This document shows positions 9,992 to 20,108 of a stretch of 64,000 bases of DNA, piece after piece; positions within the stretch are counted from its first letter, which is position 1, and each line of letters starts with the position of its first letter. Source of the stretch: Patescibacteria group bacterium (GTDB taxonomy: Bacteria; Patescibacteriota; Microgenomatia; Curtissbacterales; GWA2-41-24). The notes below the pieces were generated by a model that did no database searches, was not told the origin of the DNA, and saw only the letters and a list, made by a program, of their open reading frames with translations. Location: assembly GCA_038063735.1 (NCBI GenBank), contig JBBTUN010000012.1, forward strand, positions 1,595 through 65,594, written 5' to 3'. The translations under genes and the position numbers were made by a program.

Positions 9992-10939
9992 TTATTTTTT
10001 CAAAATTTTCTTGACCTCGTGCCCGCCAAAGGCATTGCGAAGCGCCGCAACCATACGAGCGGCAAATGATTTTCGGATTTTCTCACTTGTTTCCGATTCG
10101 CGTCTAATCTCCAGCGACCTTTCTATTATCTCAATTGGCAGCCCTTTTTTCTTCGCCTCCTCAACCGCCCAAACGGTTTCACCGGAAGCCTTGCCAATTA
10201 CCCCTTCAATTTTACTCAAATTTGGGTCCTGGCCCAAAACCTCTATTGCCCGCTCCATCATAAAACCACTGACCAAAGACCCCTTGTCATACAAATTCGC
10301 AACTGCCAACAAATCCAAATTATAAGGTGATTTCTCAAGCACCCCGAAACCTTCTCCGATTGATTGCATATAACCGTATTCAATCGCATTATGGACCATC
10401 TTTACATAGTGCCCGGCACCGCCCTCACCAAAATATTCATATCCACCACTCGGTTTTGCCAAAGATTCCAGAATCGGTTTTATCTCGTGATAAGCAGATT
10501 TATCTCCACCTACCATCATTGGATAACCACTTTCACGGGCAATTAATCCTCCACTTACTCCTATTCCCAAAAACCGCACACCCTTTTTCTTAAAAGATTC
10601 GTGCCGTTTGTCTGTATCCGAAAACCTGGAATTTCCCCCGTCTACGGCGATATCTCCCGCTTCGACGTCGTCCTGAACTTGTTTCAGGATCTTTTCAGTC
10701 GCTTCCCCCGCCGGCAACATTGACCAAACAATTCGGGGTTTATCTAACTTTCCAACCAAATCATTAACTGACTCGGCCACAAACAACTTTGCTAACTGAT
10801 CTTTATCTAAAATCTGAGATCTAAAATCTATAATCTTTTCTTTAGTCCTATTCCAAACCACAACCTCATGACCTTCTTCCAGAAGTTTAGAAACCATCCG
10901 GTTACCCATCTTTCCTAAACCAATAAAACCTAATTTCAT
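9992..10939 (-). CDS. gnd: 6-phosphogluconate dehydrogenase, short (YqeC-type) form
   Basis: GLGKMG, DGGNS, GVSGG, GAGHYVKMVHNAIEYG and LRNAFGGH motifs. Confidence 0.95.
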   Translation of the reverse strand: MKLGFIGLGKMGNRMVSKLLEEGHEVVVWNRTKEKIIDFRSQILDKDQLAKLFVAESVNDLVGKLDKPRIVWSMLPAGEATEKILKQVQDDVEAGDIAVDGGNSRFSDTDKRHESFKKKGVRFLGIGVSGGLIARESGYPMMVGGDKSAYHEIKPILESLAKPSGGYEYFGEGGAGHYVKMVHNAIEYGYMQSIGEGFGVLEKSPYNLDLLAVANLYDKGSLVSGFMMERAIEVLGQDPNLSKIEGVIGKASGETVWAVEEAKKKGLPIEIIERSLEIRRESETSEKIRKSFAARMVAALRNAFGGHEVKKILKK

Positions 10940-10946
10940 AATTTAA

Positions 10947-11663
10947 TTAAAGCACAATATCAGTAATAACGAACGACTTTACAGGATCCTTTCTATAAAA
11001 AATTGCCGGATATTTTTGCATATCGTTTTCTCCCTCATCCAGCATTATTTTCAAAGCGTCTTTCTTTTCTTGTCCAAACATCATAACTACAAAGTTGGTA
11101 AATTCCCCAAGTGCTCTTATGGTTAAAGTTATCCTTTTTGGAAACTTGTCATCAACTTCTTCTCCAACTACCAAGTCTGCTGATTTCGCTGCAAGACTTC
11201 CGTGGAATACTCCAGCAGTATGAACGTTGCTGCCGACCCCCATTACCCCAACCCTTTTGGGAAACTTTTTAAATAGTTGACTGATTACATCGCCATAAAA
11301 CTTGGTCGTCTCGTCAAAACTTTTTCCGCAAAGAATTTTGCGACTTTCTATGCAATGTTTATCTGCAAATTCTTTTATTCCGGCATCCGCCAATAACTTT
11401 TCGTTGCTATCTTTGTGAAACGGCTCACCATAACGCTCATCCACAACACAAATTGCACCCGGAATAATATCGTCAGCTTGCCCCTCGAAGCCTTGGCGAA
11501 GTGGGGGGCTGACAATCATCTTCTTATAATCCATTGATGTCCCACCGGAAAGCGCCAGAAGTGTATTTTTATCTACAATTTTTTTGAGAATATCATGAGC
11601 TTTAATTTGCCCCGCATCCTTGTCTTTGACTTTTACATGTTCGATCATCTCTTGAGTTTCCAA
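10947..11663 (-). CDS. pgl: 6-phosphogluconolactonase (NagB/Pgl fold)
   Basis: LALSGGTS, VDERY, GVG..HTAGVF and RITLT motifs; adjacent to gnd. Confidence 0.8.
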   Translation of the reverse strand: METQEMIEHVKVKDKDAGQIKAHDILKKIVDKNTLLALSGGTSMDYKKMIVSPPLRQGFEGQADDIIPGAICVVDERYGEPFHKDSNEKLLADAGIKEFADKHCIESRKILCGKSFDETTKFYGDVISQLFKKFPKRVGVMGVGSNVHTAGVFHGSLAAKSADLVVGEEVDDKFPKRITLTIRALGEFTNFVVMMFGQEKKDALKIMLDEGENDMQKYPAIFYRKDPVKSFVITDIVL

Positions 11664-13012
11664 ACGGCTCCATCTTTTGTGTCTTCAATTTCCACCCCCA
11701 TTTCATTTAACTGACTCCTCACCTTGTCTGACTCTTTGTATTTTCCTTCTGAGCGCAATTTTTCTCTTTTCTCAATCAACCCGCCTGCACCTTTTGGAAG
11801 CTCAGCCTTTTTAACATTGACTAAGCCCAACCCCAAAACTTCATCCAACTTCAGAACCGATTGGTGTTTGGCACTCGAAGGATAATCGCTCCTCACAAGC
11901 TCCCATAAAATAGCTACCGCTTTTGGCATATTCAAATCATTGTTGACCGCCTTTTCAAAATCCCCTTCGTACCCTGCACAACCTATTTTTGATTCTTCCC
12001 AACCAGCGATTTCCACTCTTAAATTATTTAAGGCATTTTGCGCCGACTGCAAACTCTCCCAGGTAAAGTTTAATTTGGATCTGTAATGGGCCGTTAAAAA
12101 TAAATACCGAAGGGCAAGAGGGTCAAAACCACGCTCAACAATATCCTTAAGCGTAAATATATTCTTGTCTCTTTTTGCCATCTTCGCCCCATTAACCAAC
12201 AAATGCTCTCCCTCCATCCAAACATTTACAAATTTCTTCCCGGTTGCCGCTTCACTTTGGGCAATTTCGTTTTCATGATGCGGAAAAAGTAAATCAATTG
12301 CACCGGCATGAATATCAATTGTCTCCCCAAGCTCATTCATGCTCATTGCCGAACATTCAATATGCCAACCGGGCCTTCCTTCGCCAAACGGCGCATCCCA
12401 ACTTGGCTCACCTTGCCTTTTGCCTGCCCCTCGAAGCTTTAGCGGAGTGGGGAATTTCCAAAGTGCAAAATCCGTCCAGCTCTCCTTATCGTATTCGTCA
12501 CTGGCAACACGGGCCCCTTTCTTTAAATTCCGTTTTTCAAGCTGTGATAACTTTCCGTAATTTCTAAATTTTTCAACCGAAAAATAAACCCCGTCTTCTC
12601 CTTTGTACGCAAAACCTTTTTTAAGAAGAGTTTCAATAAGTCTAATCATCGAATCAATCGATCCTGTAGCCCTTGGATAAAGGTCTGCCCTTTCTATATT
12701 TAATTTTTCAAGATCCTCAAAAAATGAGTATGAGTATTTATTTGTTAAATCATTAATTGGAATTTTTAACTCTTGGGCTTTTTTAATTATCTTGTCGTCA
12801 ATATCGGTTAGGTTCATTATGTGCTTAACCTTATAACCGTTAAACACCAAAACTCGCTTCAAAACGTCCTCAAATACGAACGTGCGCCAATTTCCAATAT
12901 GCACATAGTCATAAACAGTCGGACCGCAAGTATAAAGCCCTACAGTCGACACCACGGATTTGTCAAAACTTTCAACTTTTCTGGTTAAATAATTGTAAAA
13001 CTTAAGAGGCAT
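11645..13012 (-). CDS. cysS: Cysteine--tRNA ligase
   Basis: YTCGPTVYDYVHIGN, GRPGWHIECSAM, DLLFPHHENE and KMAKR; start placed at MPLKFYN. Confidence 0.97.
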   Translation of the reverse strand: MPLKFYNYLTRKVESFDKSVVSTVGLYTCGPTVYDYVHIGNWRTFVFEDVLKRVLVFNGYKVKHIMNLTDIDDKIIKKAQELKIPINDLTNKYSYSFFEDLEKLNIERADLYPRATGSIDSMIRLIETLLKKGFAYKGEDGVYFSVEKFRNYGKLSQLEKRNLKKGARVASDEYDKESWTDFALWKFPTPLKLRGAGKRQGEPSWDAPFGEGRPGWHIECSAMSMNELGETIDIHAGAIDLLFPHHENEIAQSEAATGKKFVNVWMEGEHLLVNGAKMAKRDKNIFTLKDIVERGFDPLALRYLFLTAHYRSKLNFTWESLQSAQNALNNLRVEIAGWEESKIGCAGYEGDFEKAVNNDLNMPKAVAILWELVRSDYPSSAKHQSVLKLDEVLGLGLVNVKKAELPKGAGGLIEKREKLRSEGKYKESDKVRSQLNEMGVEIEDTKDGAVWKLKR

Positions 13013-13049
13013 ATCTACACCCACCACTTGAGGCTAATTGTAGCATAGC

Positions 13050-13454
13050 CTACTCTGCACCCATATTCCTACTTTTTTCCGCGCTTCCCATTGCAACTGC
13101 CCTTGCAACATCTTGTCTTTCTTCACGCTTTTTCTCCCCGGCAAGTTGCTGCAAAACCAGCTTTTTCTGTTCTTCTTCCTGCTGCTTTGCCTGTTCCTCT
13201 TGTTTCATTTTCATTCTGTGTTCCTGGTAAATAGCCATTATGCCTTGCCTTCTCTGGATATATTCCTGCTCGTCCGCCAGTCGTGATGCCTCCGCCTGTT
13301 CCTTGACTTGATCGTCCGTCAAGTCTTGCTGCTTGCTTCCGGTTATTTGGCTCCACATGTCGGAACCCGCACCCTGAAGCTGCCCAAAAACGTGACTACC
13401 CGCTTGTTTTGCACGAATCCTAGCTTCACTGGCAACATCGGCAGCAATGTCCAT
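13050..13454 (-). CDS. Hypothetical Gln/Glu-rich coiled-coil protein
   Basis: 134-aa ORF that fills the gap between genes; no family recognised. Confidence 0.6.
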   Translation of the reverse strand: MDIAADVASEARIRAKQAGSHVFGQLQGAGSDMWSQITGSKQQDLTDDQVKEQAEASRLADEQEYIQRRQGIMAIYQEHRMKMKQEEQAKQQEEEQKKLVLQQLAGEKKREERQDVARAVAMGSAEKSRNMGAE

Positions 13455-13515
13455 AATTTAATTGTGAGATAAACTCGCCAAAGAAGCAACACGACGAAGA
13501 ATCAAAAAGGGAGAT

Positions 13516-14139
13516 CTAAGCTACATCGCTGTCTTCTAGTTCGATTTCCCGTTCAATAACCCTATTTAATCTAGACTGTGCTCTATTTTTAATAACTCGA
13601 ATATTCCCCGCGGATAGTCCAACCTTGTCAGCAATTTCATCATATTTTCTGTCTTCAATAACGCGCAACCGTATAACGTTTCGCTGATCAACAGTCAAAA
13701 CGTTCCTTGCAATCTCATTCACTCGATCAATCTCGAAACTACGCTCAACAGCTGTTTGCGGTTCATGCGCGTCTGGAGCGGGCAAAAGATCATTATCCAC
13801 AACTGTATGCAAAGAAACTTCGTTTTTTTTGCCTCGTAAATAATCAACACCTAAATTGTGTACTATTCGTAGTAACCAATAATTCATTGATATCCCCTTA
13901 TGTACATATCTAGGAAGTGCTTCAACCGCCCTCAAAAAAGCATGTTGTGTTAAATCCTCAGCAGTTTCCTCGTTTCCAACCATAGCTTGAGCATGACTGT
14001 ATATACCTGGCCTAAACTTTTCAAAAATTTGGCCGAGGGCGTGACTATCACCAACCTGAGCCTTGTCGATTAAGTCTGCTTCAGCTCTAGTTGCGGGAAT
14101 TCTTATAAATTCAATATTTCCGGGTAAGGCTCGTTCCAT
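13516..14139 (-). CDS. ECF-type RNA polymerase sigma factor
   Basis: Region 2 AEDLTQHAFLRA..WLLRIVHNLGVDYLR; region 4 LTVDQRNVIRLR..YDEIA..GNIRVIKNRA. Confidence 0.9.
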   Translation of the reverse strand: MERALPGNIEFIRIPATRAEADLIDKAQVGDSHALGQIFEKFRPGIYSHAQAMVGNEETAEDLTQHAFLRAVEALPRYVHKGISMNYWLLRIVHNLGVDYLRGKKNEVSLHTVVDNDLLPAPDAHEPQTAVERSFEIDRVNEIARNVLTVDQRNVIRLRVIEDRKYDEIADKVGLSAGNIRVIKNRAQSRLNRVIEREIELEDSDVA

Positions 14140-14190
14140 AGACAAGAATCTTACCAGAAATTAGGCACATTATCAACCTATAATATAATA

Positions 14191-14784
14191 TTAGAAGTCT
14201 TTTCGTCCTTCAAGCGCCCGTCGAAGAGTAATTTCGTCCGCATATTCCAACTCTGCCCCAATCGGTATCCCCCTGGCAATTCTGGTAGTTTTAATTCCAA
14301 GTGGCTTAACAAGCCGTTGGATATACATCGCGGTTGCCTCGCCTTCCATAGACGGATTAGTGGCCAAAATTATTTCCGTAACAACCCCATCGCGAAGTCT
14401 GGGTAAAAGCTGCCGTATTCTGAGCTCTTCCGGTCCTATGTTCTCCAGCGGGGCAATGACCCCGTGTAAAACGTGATACATTCCCCGAAAGCCGCTTTTA
14501 TCAACTGCCCAAACATCCAGGGGGTCCTCGACTACGCAAATTATGGATTTATCCCGGTCGTCATCCGTACAAATATCGCAGGGGCTAATTTCCGTCACAT
14601 TCTGGCAAATAGTACAAATCTTGGTCCTCTTTTTTAAATCCAGGGCAGCCAGACCGATACCTTCGGCCAAGCCATCCGGCGCATGTAAAAGATAATATGT
14701 AAGCCGAGCAGCAGTCTTTGGCCCGATTCCGGGCAAAGATTCAAACGCCTCAATCATCGCAGCAACACTTTTTGGAATTTTCAT
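14191..14784 (-). CDS. recR: Recombination mediator RecR
   Basis: LPGIGPKTAARL, C4 zinc finger and TOPRIM ILATNPSMEGEATA. Confidence 0.97.
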   Translation of the reverse strand: MKIPKSVAAMIEAFESLPGIGPKTAARLTYYLLHAPDGLAEGIGLAALDLKKRTKICTICQNVTEISPCDICTDDDRDKSIICVVEDPLDVWAVDKSGFRGMYHVLHGVIAPLENIGPEELRIRQLLPRLRDGVVTEIILATNPSMEGEATAMYIQRLVKPLGIKTTRIARGIPIGAELEYADEITLRRALEGRKDF

Positions 14785-14824
14785 CTAAAGAAGTATATCA
14801 ATTAAGAAGAATTAAAGTGAACAC

Positions 14825-15112
14825 TTAATTTCCGCCAAGCATTCCCTTGAGGGAATCAAAACCGCCCATTTGCTGCATCTTTTTGGCAGCTTCTTTTTGG
14901 CTTTCTTTTATCGCCTCATTAACAGCCTCAACTACAGAATCATCATCCTTATCGTTGGAATCAACAGACACTACCCTTTGCGCCAGCGTTATTTTTACCT
15001 TAACTCCCCGTTTTTCTACCTCAACCGTTTCAGCATCCAGCGCCCTTTGCATTGCCATTGCGTCATCACGCATTTTTTTAAGTTCCTTTAGCTGTTGGAG
15101 TTTATCAAACAT
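14825..15112 (-). CDS. ybaB: YbaB/EbfC nucleoid-associated protein
   Basis: Size, sequence pattern and position immediately upstream of recR. Confidence 0.8.
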   Translation of the reverse strand: MFDKLQQLKELKKMRDDAMAMQRALDAETVEVEKRGVKVKITLAQRVVSVDSNDKDDDSVVEAVNEAIKESQKEAAKKMQQMGGFDSLKGMLGGN

Positions 15113-15215
15113 AACAAATACCTTGAGTCATGATACAAATGACAGTTGTCAAATGTCAATCGTTTACCCTGAAATTGAGTCAGGAAAATTGTATTATTGA
15201 AGGGTTAAATGTAAA

Positions 15216-15578
15216 ATGTGCATAGTGCATATCACTATCTCCGCTATCCATCTTAAAAATCCCCAGAAAGCCAAAGACTATGCCAAGAGCAAATTTACAA
15301 AACTCACCAAATACGACCAGCGTATAGAAAAAATAGAAGTCCGTTTAATAGGGGCGCTAAGCCACAGAGACAAAAACACAGATTTTGACTGCGAACTTAA
15401 AATAGTCGTTCCCGGTCACGATCTCGAAATAAAAGACACTCAAAGCACAATAACAGCTGCCATCGACAAAGCAGAAGATCGCGTTAAAAGACTACTGGTC
15501 AAAAATAAAGAGAAACACCTGTCTAAAAAACACAAACTGGGGCTTATATCGAAAATTCGCCAAAAACTCTCGTTCTAG
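15216..15578 (+). CDS. hpf: Ribosome hibernation factor HPF/RaiA
   Basis: HITISAIHL..DYAKSKFTKL..AAIDKAEDRVKRLLVKNKEK. Confidence 0.85.
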   Translation: MCIVHITISAIHLKNPQKAKDYAKSKFTKLTKYDQRIEKIEVRLIGALSHRDKNTDFDCELKIVVPGHDLEIKDTQSTITAAIDKAEDRVKRLLVKNKEKHLSKKHKLGLISKIRQKLSF

Positions 15579-16013
15579 CTATTCTTCAAATTTTTTAAAT
15601 TCTTCGGATTTCTGCTTTAGGATAGTCGATTTCGCCTTAAGGTGGTTGTGCGGTTTAAGTCTTACAACCTCAGTTTTTTTAAGCCCAACTTTATCAAGTT
15701 CGCGCCGTACTAAAGTGTCACTGGCCCACTGGTCATAGCCCAAACAAACTACATCCGGTAAATACTCCTTTATATGATCAAAGAAGTCGTCTACTGCTCC
15801 AAGTACCGCGTTATCTACAATCTTAAGTTGCCTAATCATGTCCAACCGCTCTTCTTCATTAAACAGCGGCCGCTTGTGTTTTATTTTCTCAACATTGTAG
15901 TCCCTGCCAACAGAAACAATAAGAGAATCTCCAAGAGCTTTTGCCTGCCTGAAAAAGTCCAGGTGGCCCGGATGTAAACCGTCAAAAGCACCAAAACACA
16001 TTACGACTTTCAT
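15579..16013 (-). CDS. Cytidylyltransferase-family protein (RibL-like FAD synthase)
   Basis: FGAFDGLHPGH, EEERL and PDVVCLGYDQ motifs. Confidence 0.85.
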   Translation of the reverse strand: MKVVMCFGAFDGLHPGHLDFFRQAKALGDSLIVSVGRDYNVEKIKHKRPLFNEEERLDMIRQLKIVDNAVLGAVDDFFDHIKEYLPDVVCLGYDQWASDTLVRRELDKVGLKKTEVVRLKPHNHLKAKSTILKQKSEEFKKFEE

Positions 16014-16028
16014 TTGCTGCTCCTTCGT

Positions 16029-16586
16029 TTAAAAAGTTCCTTCCAAAACATGCTTCTCCGGCCTTTCATCCTCAGACGTAATCTCACGGGTAATCCAAAC
16101 GCTTTTTAGACTCGAATATTTATCCGAATCGCGAAATGTTAAACTCCAGGCTGTTTTTGCTCCTTCCATAAAACCCGCCTCCACCGTTTGCCCACCACCA
16201 ACCAGCCACACTTCGTACTTACTACCTTTGGGGTCTGGTAATGTAGCATCCACGGTTAGTGTATAACTACCGTTTCCAAAAACCCTGGTTGCAACAGCCG
16301 ACGCAGCTTCACCGCTCACATTCCTAAGCGTAGCAGTGTTACTCGTTAAATTTACGGCATTTTCTACCTCAACAGGAGTACCGTCAACTTTTACTGGGGT
16401 CAAACCCCGAGTAGCATCACGAAGAACAATACTGTCCCCACTCCCACCAATACCTGCAACGTTAGTCTTGGAAGCAATAAAGTACAAAACTCCCGCTATT
16501 AAAATAACAATAATAATTGTCCGAACTGCTTTTGGGGATGTCTGGCGTTTTCTTTTTAATAAGCTTTGGTTTGCCAAATCTCGCAT
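16029..16586 (-). CDS. Membrane protein with RskA (anti-sigma K)-like C-terminal domain
   Basis: Single TM, then LPDPKGSKYEVWLV...VWITRE...HVLEG. Confidence 0.55.
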   Translation of the reverse strand: MRDLANQSLLKRKRQTSPKAVRTIIIVILIAGVLYFIASKTNVAGIGGSGDSIVLRDATRGLTPVKVDGTPVEVENAVNLTSNTATLRNVSGEAASAVATRVFGNGSYTLTVDATLPDPKGSKYEVWLVGGGQTVEAGFMEGAKTAWSLTFRDSDKYSSLKSVWITREITSEDERPEKHVLEGTF

Positions 16587-16632
16587 GTTATTAAAGTTAA
16601 GCTTATCACAACTAAAAGTTACAGTTCAAAAC

Positions 16633-17067
16633 TTAAAAGGAAGACTGCCTTATACCTATTTTGGGTGTAAGTTGACGCCTTCGCTTTTTTGACCGCCTCA
16701 CCCGCCCATTATCCAAAATTATAGAGTAAACTACGGGAACGAGTAGAACCACAGGGTACAAAAGCCAATTTCGGGAATCGGAAAAATAAAAAACAAGGTC
16801 AAAATAATAAAACTTGGCAACCTCAAAAAAGTTGATTAAAATTAGCACAAAAAACCAGGCAATGGACACTCCAATTCCAACCGCCAACAAATTTTCCCCA
16901 GGCACATTTTTGTTATCAAGATAATATACAGTCGCAAGTAGTACAACCAGAGGAAGTATTATATAAAACCACGGCAGCAAAACTACCCCGCTGACCAGAA
17001 AGGTCAGAATCCATATTAAAGCGCAGTACCACAAAATCCGCCAGCTCGGTTTTAAGTATCTTCCCAT
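16633..17067 (-). CDS. Hypothetical 4-TM membrane protein
   Basis: Hydrophobic ORF preceded by TTGACG-17-TAGATT on the minus strand (17113-17142). Confidence 0.65.
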   Translation of the reverse strand: MGRYLKPSWRILWYCALIWILTFLVSGVVLLPWFYIILPLVVLLATVYYLDNKNVPGENLLAVGIGVSIAWFFVLILINFFEVAKFYYFDLVFYFSDSRNWLLYPVVLLVPVVYSIILDNGRVRRSKKRRRQLTPKIGIRQSSF

Positions 17068-17188
17068 TCAATTAAAACGCGTCTTTAGGGGGTTAAATTT
17101 GTTTCCCGCATCAAATCTACGACTTTTAATTTCTTGCGTCAAGAGGGGCAAAGTGGTGCTTATTTAGTGATTAATATCCAAAAAGGGG

Positions 17189-17470
17189 TTACTGGGAGTC
17201 GACCGCTTGATTAACTCCTAAAACGTCACTATCAATTGTATCTAAATTCGTCCCCGATAAATCTTTCTCAATAGAGCCGATGTCATCCTCGGGTTCCAAT
17301 TTATTTATTTGTTGCGTTTGGTCACCATTCACGTCAACTTTATGATCTGGAATTGATACGGGGTTATATCCACCCAAAAAACCATATTTATACAAAACAA
17401 CGCCCAAGATACCAACAACTACCAAAAACATTACAACCAAAACTAAAACCGACCCTCTGCGATTAGTCAT
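17189..17470 (-). CDS. Small membrane-anchored hypothetical protein
   Basis: MTNRRGSVLVLVV.. TM followed by an acidic tail; overlaps the stop of the upstream gene. Confidence 0.6.
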   Translation of the reverse strand: MTNRRGSVLVLVVMFLVVVGILGVVLYKYGFLGGYNPVSIPDHKVDVNGDQTQQINKLEPEDDIGSIEKDLSGTNLDTIDSDVLGVNQAVDSQ

Positions 17471-18038
17471 TCCCCGCCTCCCCCGCACTTTTTGATCCCT
17501 CGCGCAATGCACTTGCCGCTTTTAATTCTCTGAGCGTCTCAACAAGCCCCTTATGGTACGCAAACAGCGCATTCTTAGCGTCTTTAATTGAAGCAAGAGC
17601 CGTGTCAAGCGTGGTTCTGTCAACAACGGCCAAAGTATCACTAGCCGCTTTGTCTATAGCTCCCTTGGCCTTAACCTGTAACAATTTCGCTTCTGCTAAT
17701 TTCGCTTCAGCTTTAGATGTATTTACACCTTTTTCGCCAAGCTTTTTTATTCTGCTTTCAATTTTGCCCGAAATTTTATCCAGTCGCAAAAGATAAGCAT
17801 TCAAATTCCTGTCTATTGTGGAAAGCCTTTTGGTAACATTTTTTTTGATCTTGTCTTTTAACTCAGCCCTTCTGGATGCCTCTTTTTCGCGAATTTCAGC
17901 CTTTACTTCAACCTTCTTGTCACGCAAAGGAACATTTGTGGAATTAAAACTGCCCACTGTTGCCGAAACCCCAGAACTAAAAATAATTAGGGCAAGCGCG
18001 AAAACCAACACGAAAACTGGGAATTTCCTCACAACCAC
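17463..18038 (-). CDS. Secreted coiled-coil hypothetical protein
   Basis: Signal peptide plus a Lys/Glu/Ala-rich helical body. Confidence 0.65.
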   Translation of the reverse strand: MVVRKFPVFVLVFALALIIFSSGVSATVGSFNSTNVPLRDKKVEVKAEIREKEASRRAELKDKIKKNVTKRLSTIDRNLNAYLLRLDKISGKIESRIKKLGEKGVNTSKAEAKLAEAKLLQVKAKGAIDKAASDTLAVVDRTTLDTALASIKDAKNALFAYHKGLVETLRELKAASALREGSKSAGEAGND

Positions 18039-18069
18039 ATGTTATCAAGTAATAATTAATGCAGTCAAG

Positions 18070-18483
18070 TTACCGTGGAGAAACAGATAGTGTAATAGCG
18101 GTTTTCTTACCATCTGCAGCAGTATTAATAGTAACTGTTCCGGCCTGCTTATTATTTTTAATATCATAAGAATAATTTGTTTCAGAGTTTTGCACAAATT
18201 TAAATTCCCACCCAAGCGACCCCAGCGAATTGTTATAAAACTCGACAACCTTGGCAATGTTGTCATCTGTTATGGCAGATGCACCATATGAACTATCAGA
18301 GCCATAACTTTCTACTATTTTTGCCTTAGGATACAGGGGTAGAGCCGGAAAATTTTTACCCGCTCTCCCTTTTAGAAAAAGTCCGGGCTTGGATTGGTCC
18401 CCGCTACTAGCACCACCCAAATTTGGTAAACAAGCCGACAAAAAAACAGACAAAAAAATAACTATAAATATTTGCGCTCTCAC
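18070..18483 (-). CDS. Lipoprotein
   Basis: Lipobox LSAC after a hydrophobic signal; GTGA overlap with dnaX. Confidence 0.7.
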   Translation of the reverse strand: MRAQIFIVIFLSVFLSACLPNLGGASSGDQSKPGLFLKGRAGKNFPALPLYPKAKIVESYGSDSSYGASAITDDNIAKVVEFYNNSLGSLGWEFKFVQNSETNYSYDIKNNKQAGTVTINTAADGKKTAITLSVSPR

Positions 18484-20102
18484 TTTGAAAATATTTCCTG
18501 AGCTATTTTCTCAAGCTCATCAGCTTTTACATCGACCACATCGCTTCTACCGACTGCGACAGTTGGGGTGCTTTCCCGTTTTGCCAAAATAAACTTTAGC
18601 CGAACCCGTCTGCCAATTGTTTCCTCCATTTTGCTATCTAACATATGCATTATTTTTGGCTCTTCAAGCTTGTCCTTATGAAATTTATAAAAAACTTCAA
18701 GTGTTAAACTTTCCCCATCAAAACCAAACGGTTTGGTAGATCTGAGCAAAGCAACAACATGGGCATTCAGTGGCCTAACTCTATTTAAGAATTCGCTCCA
18801 GTTTTTTTCAACCTCCACAAGACCTTTCCCCCCACTCCTGGGCCTTATTTCCATTTTGACATCGTCATCCTGTTCTTCCTTTGCCTGTAGTACACTCGAT
18901 GATTCTGTATGTTTTACTGCCTCTGATACTTTTGACACATTTGACTCATTTACTACCCTTACTCCAGCCTCTCCTATAAACTTGCATATTGCCAAAACAA
19001 GTGGAATTTGCGCCATCGGAAAAATCTTGATCTCCCCGTCGGCAATAATCAGTAAACGTATTAGTGTCTGCAATTTTTCAAATTCGATACTGTCGGCAAG
19101 TTGCTTAAGATCTGCCTGGCTATTCTCGTCCAACTCTTCAAAATTGTCAGCACCAATTTTAAAATACAAAACCTTTTCCAAATACAAGACTGTTTGCCTT
19201 ATAAATAAAGAGATGTCCACCCCCTCTTCAACAAGATCTTCTACAAAAAGTGCGGCAGGCTTGATTTCTGATCGAATTAACATTTCGACAAAGTTATAGA
19301 TCTGGTTTTTGCCACTAACTTTTGCAATTGCCGAAACATCTTCTTGCTTTATTTCACCGTTTGCACTTAACTGGTCCAAAAGCGAAACAGCATCCCTAAA
19401 CGATCCGTCGGCCACTTCTGCAATTTGACTCGCGCTGCCCTGGTCCAGTTTTATTTTCTCGCTCCTGGCAATTCTGGTAACAGCACTGGCAATATCAACC
19501 TTGCTTGCTCTTTTAAAATTAAACTTCTGCAGGCGCGATAAAATTGTTGCTGGTAGCTTGCTGTATTCGGTCGTTGCCAAAATAAAAATAGCGTGTTTTG
19601 GGGGTTCCTCGAGAGTTTTCAGGAGTGCATTGAACGCTTCCGTAGTTAACATATGCACCTCGTCGATAATATAAACCTTATAAGGAGAAGAAACTGGAGA
19701 GAGCTTAACCTTTTCCCGCAAATCTCGTATTTCGTCGATCCCGCGATTAGAAGCCGCGTCTATTTCGACAAGATCCAAAGACGAACCGTTTGTTATCGCA
19801 ATACAACTTTGGCACTTATTGCATGGTTCCCCAAAACGGTTAATAGTTAATGGTTCATGGTCAATAGATTCTTTTCCGTCCTTTCTTCTGTGAACTGCCA
19901 ACTTTGAACGGTAAACTTCACAATTAATCGCCTTTGCCAAAATCCTGGCTGTGGAAGTTTTCCCCGTACCCCGCGTGCCATAAAATAAATAAGCATGACC
20001 AATTTTCCCGCTTGTTAACTGGCTCTCAAGTGTTCTTTTAACCTCTTCCTGCCCAATAAGCTCGCCAAGCGTTTGAGGTCTATATTTTCTATAAAAAACC
20101 AT
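18480..20102 (-). CDS. dnaX: DNA polymerase III subunit gamma/tau
   Basis: YRKYRPQT, GTRGTGKT, EIDAASNRG and DEVHMLT..AFNALLKTLEEPP. Confidence 0.97.
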   Translation of the reverse strand: MVFYRKYRPQTLGELIGQEEVKRTLESQLTSGKIGHAYLFYGTRGTGKTSTARILAKAINCEVYRSKLAVHRRKDGKESIDHEPLTINRFGEPCNKCQSCIAITNGSSLDLVEIDAASNRGIDEIRDLREKVKLSPVSSPYKVYIIDEVHMLTTEAFNALLKTLEEPPKHAIFILATTEYSKLPATILSRLQKFNFKRASKVDIASAVTRIARSEKIKLDQGSASQIAEVADGSFRDAVSLLDQLSANGEIKQEDVSAIAKVSGKNQIYNFVEMLIRSEIKPAALFVEDLVEEGVDISLFIRQTVLYLEKVLYFKIGADNFEELDENSQADLKQLADSIEFEKLQTLIRLLIIADGEIKIFPMAQIPLVLAICKFIGEAGVRVVNESNVSKVSEAVKHTESSSVLQAKEEQDDDVKMEIRPRSGGKGLVEVEKNWSEFLNRVRPLNAHVVALLRSTKPFGFDGESLTLEVFYKFHKDKLEEPKIMHMLDSKMEETIGRRVRLKFILAKRESTPTVAVGRSDVVDVKADELEKIAQEIFSK

Positions 20103-20108
20103 TAGCGT

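Noticed and set aside
18480-20102. Programmed -1 frameshift producing DnaX gamma
   Set aside because: No A AAA AAG slippery site with a downstream hairpin and stop was evident at the expected position.
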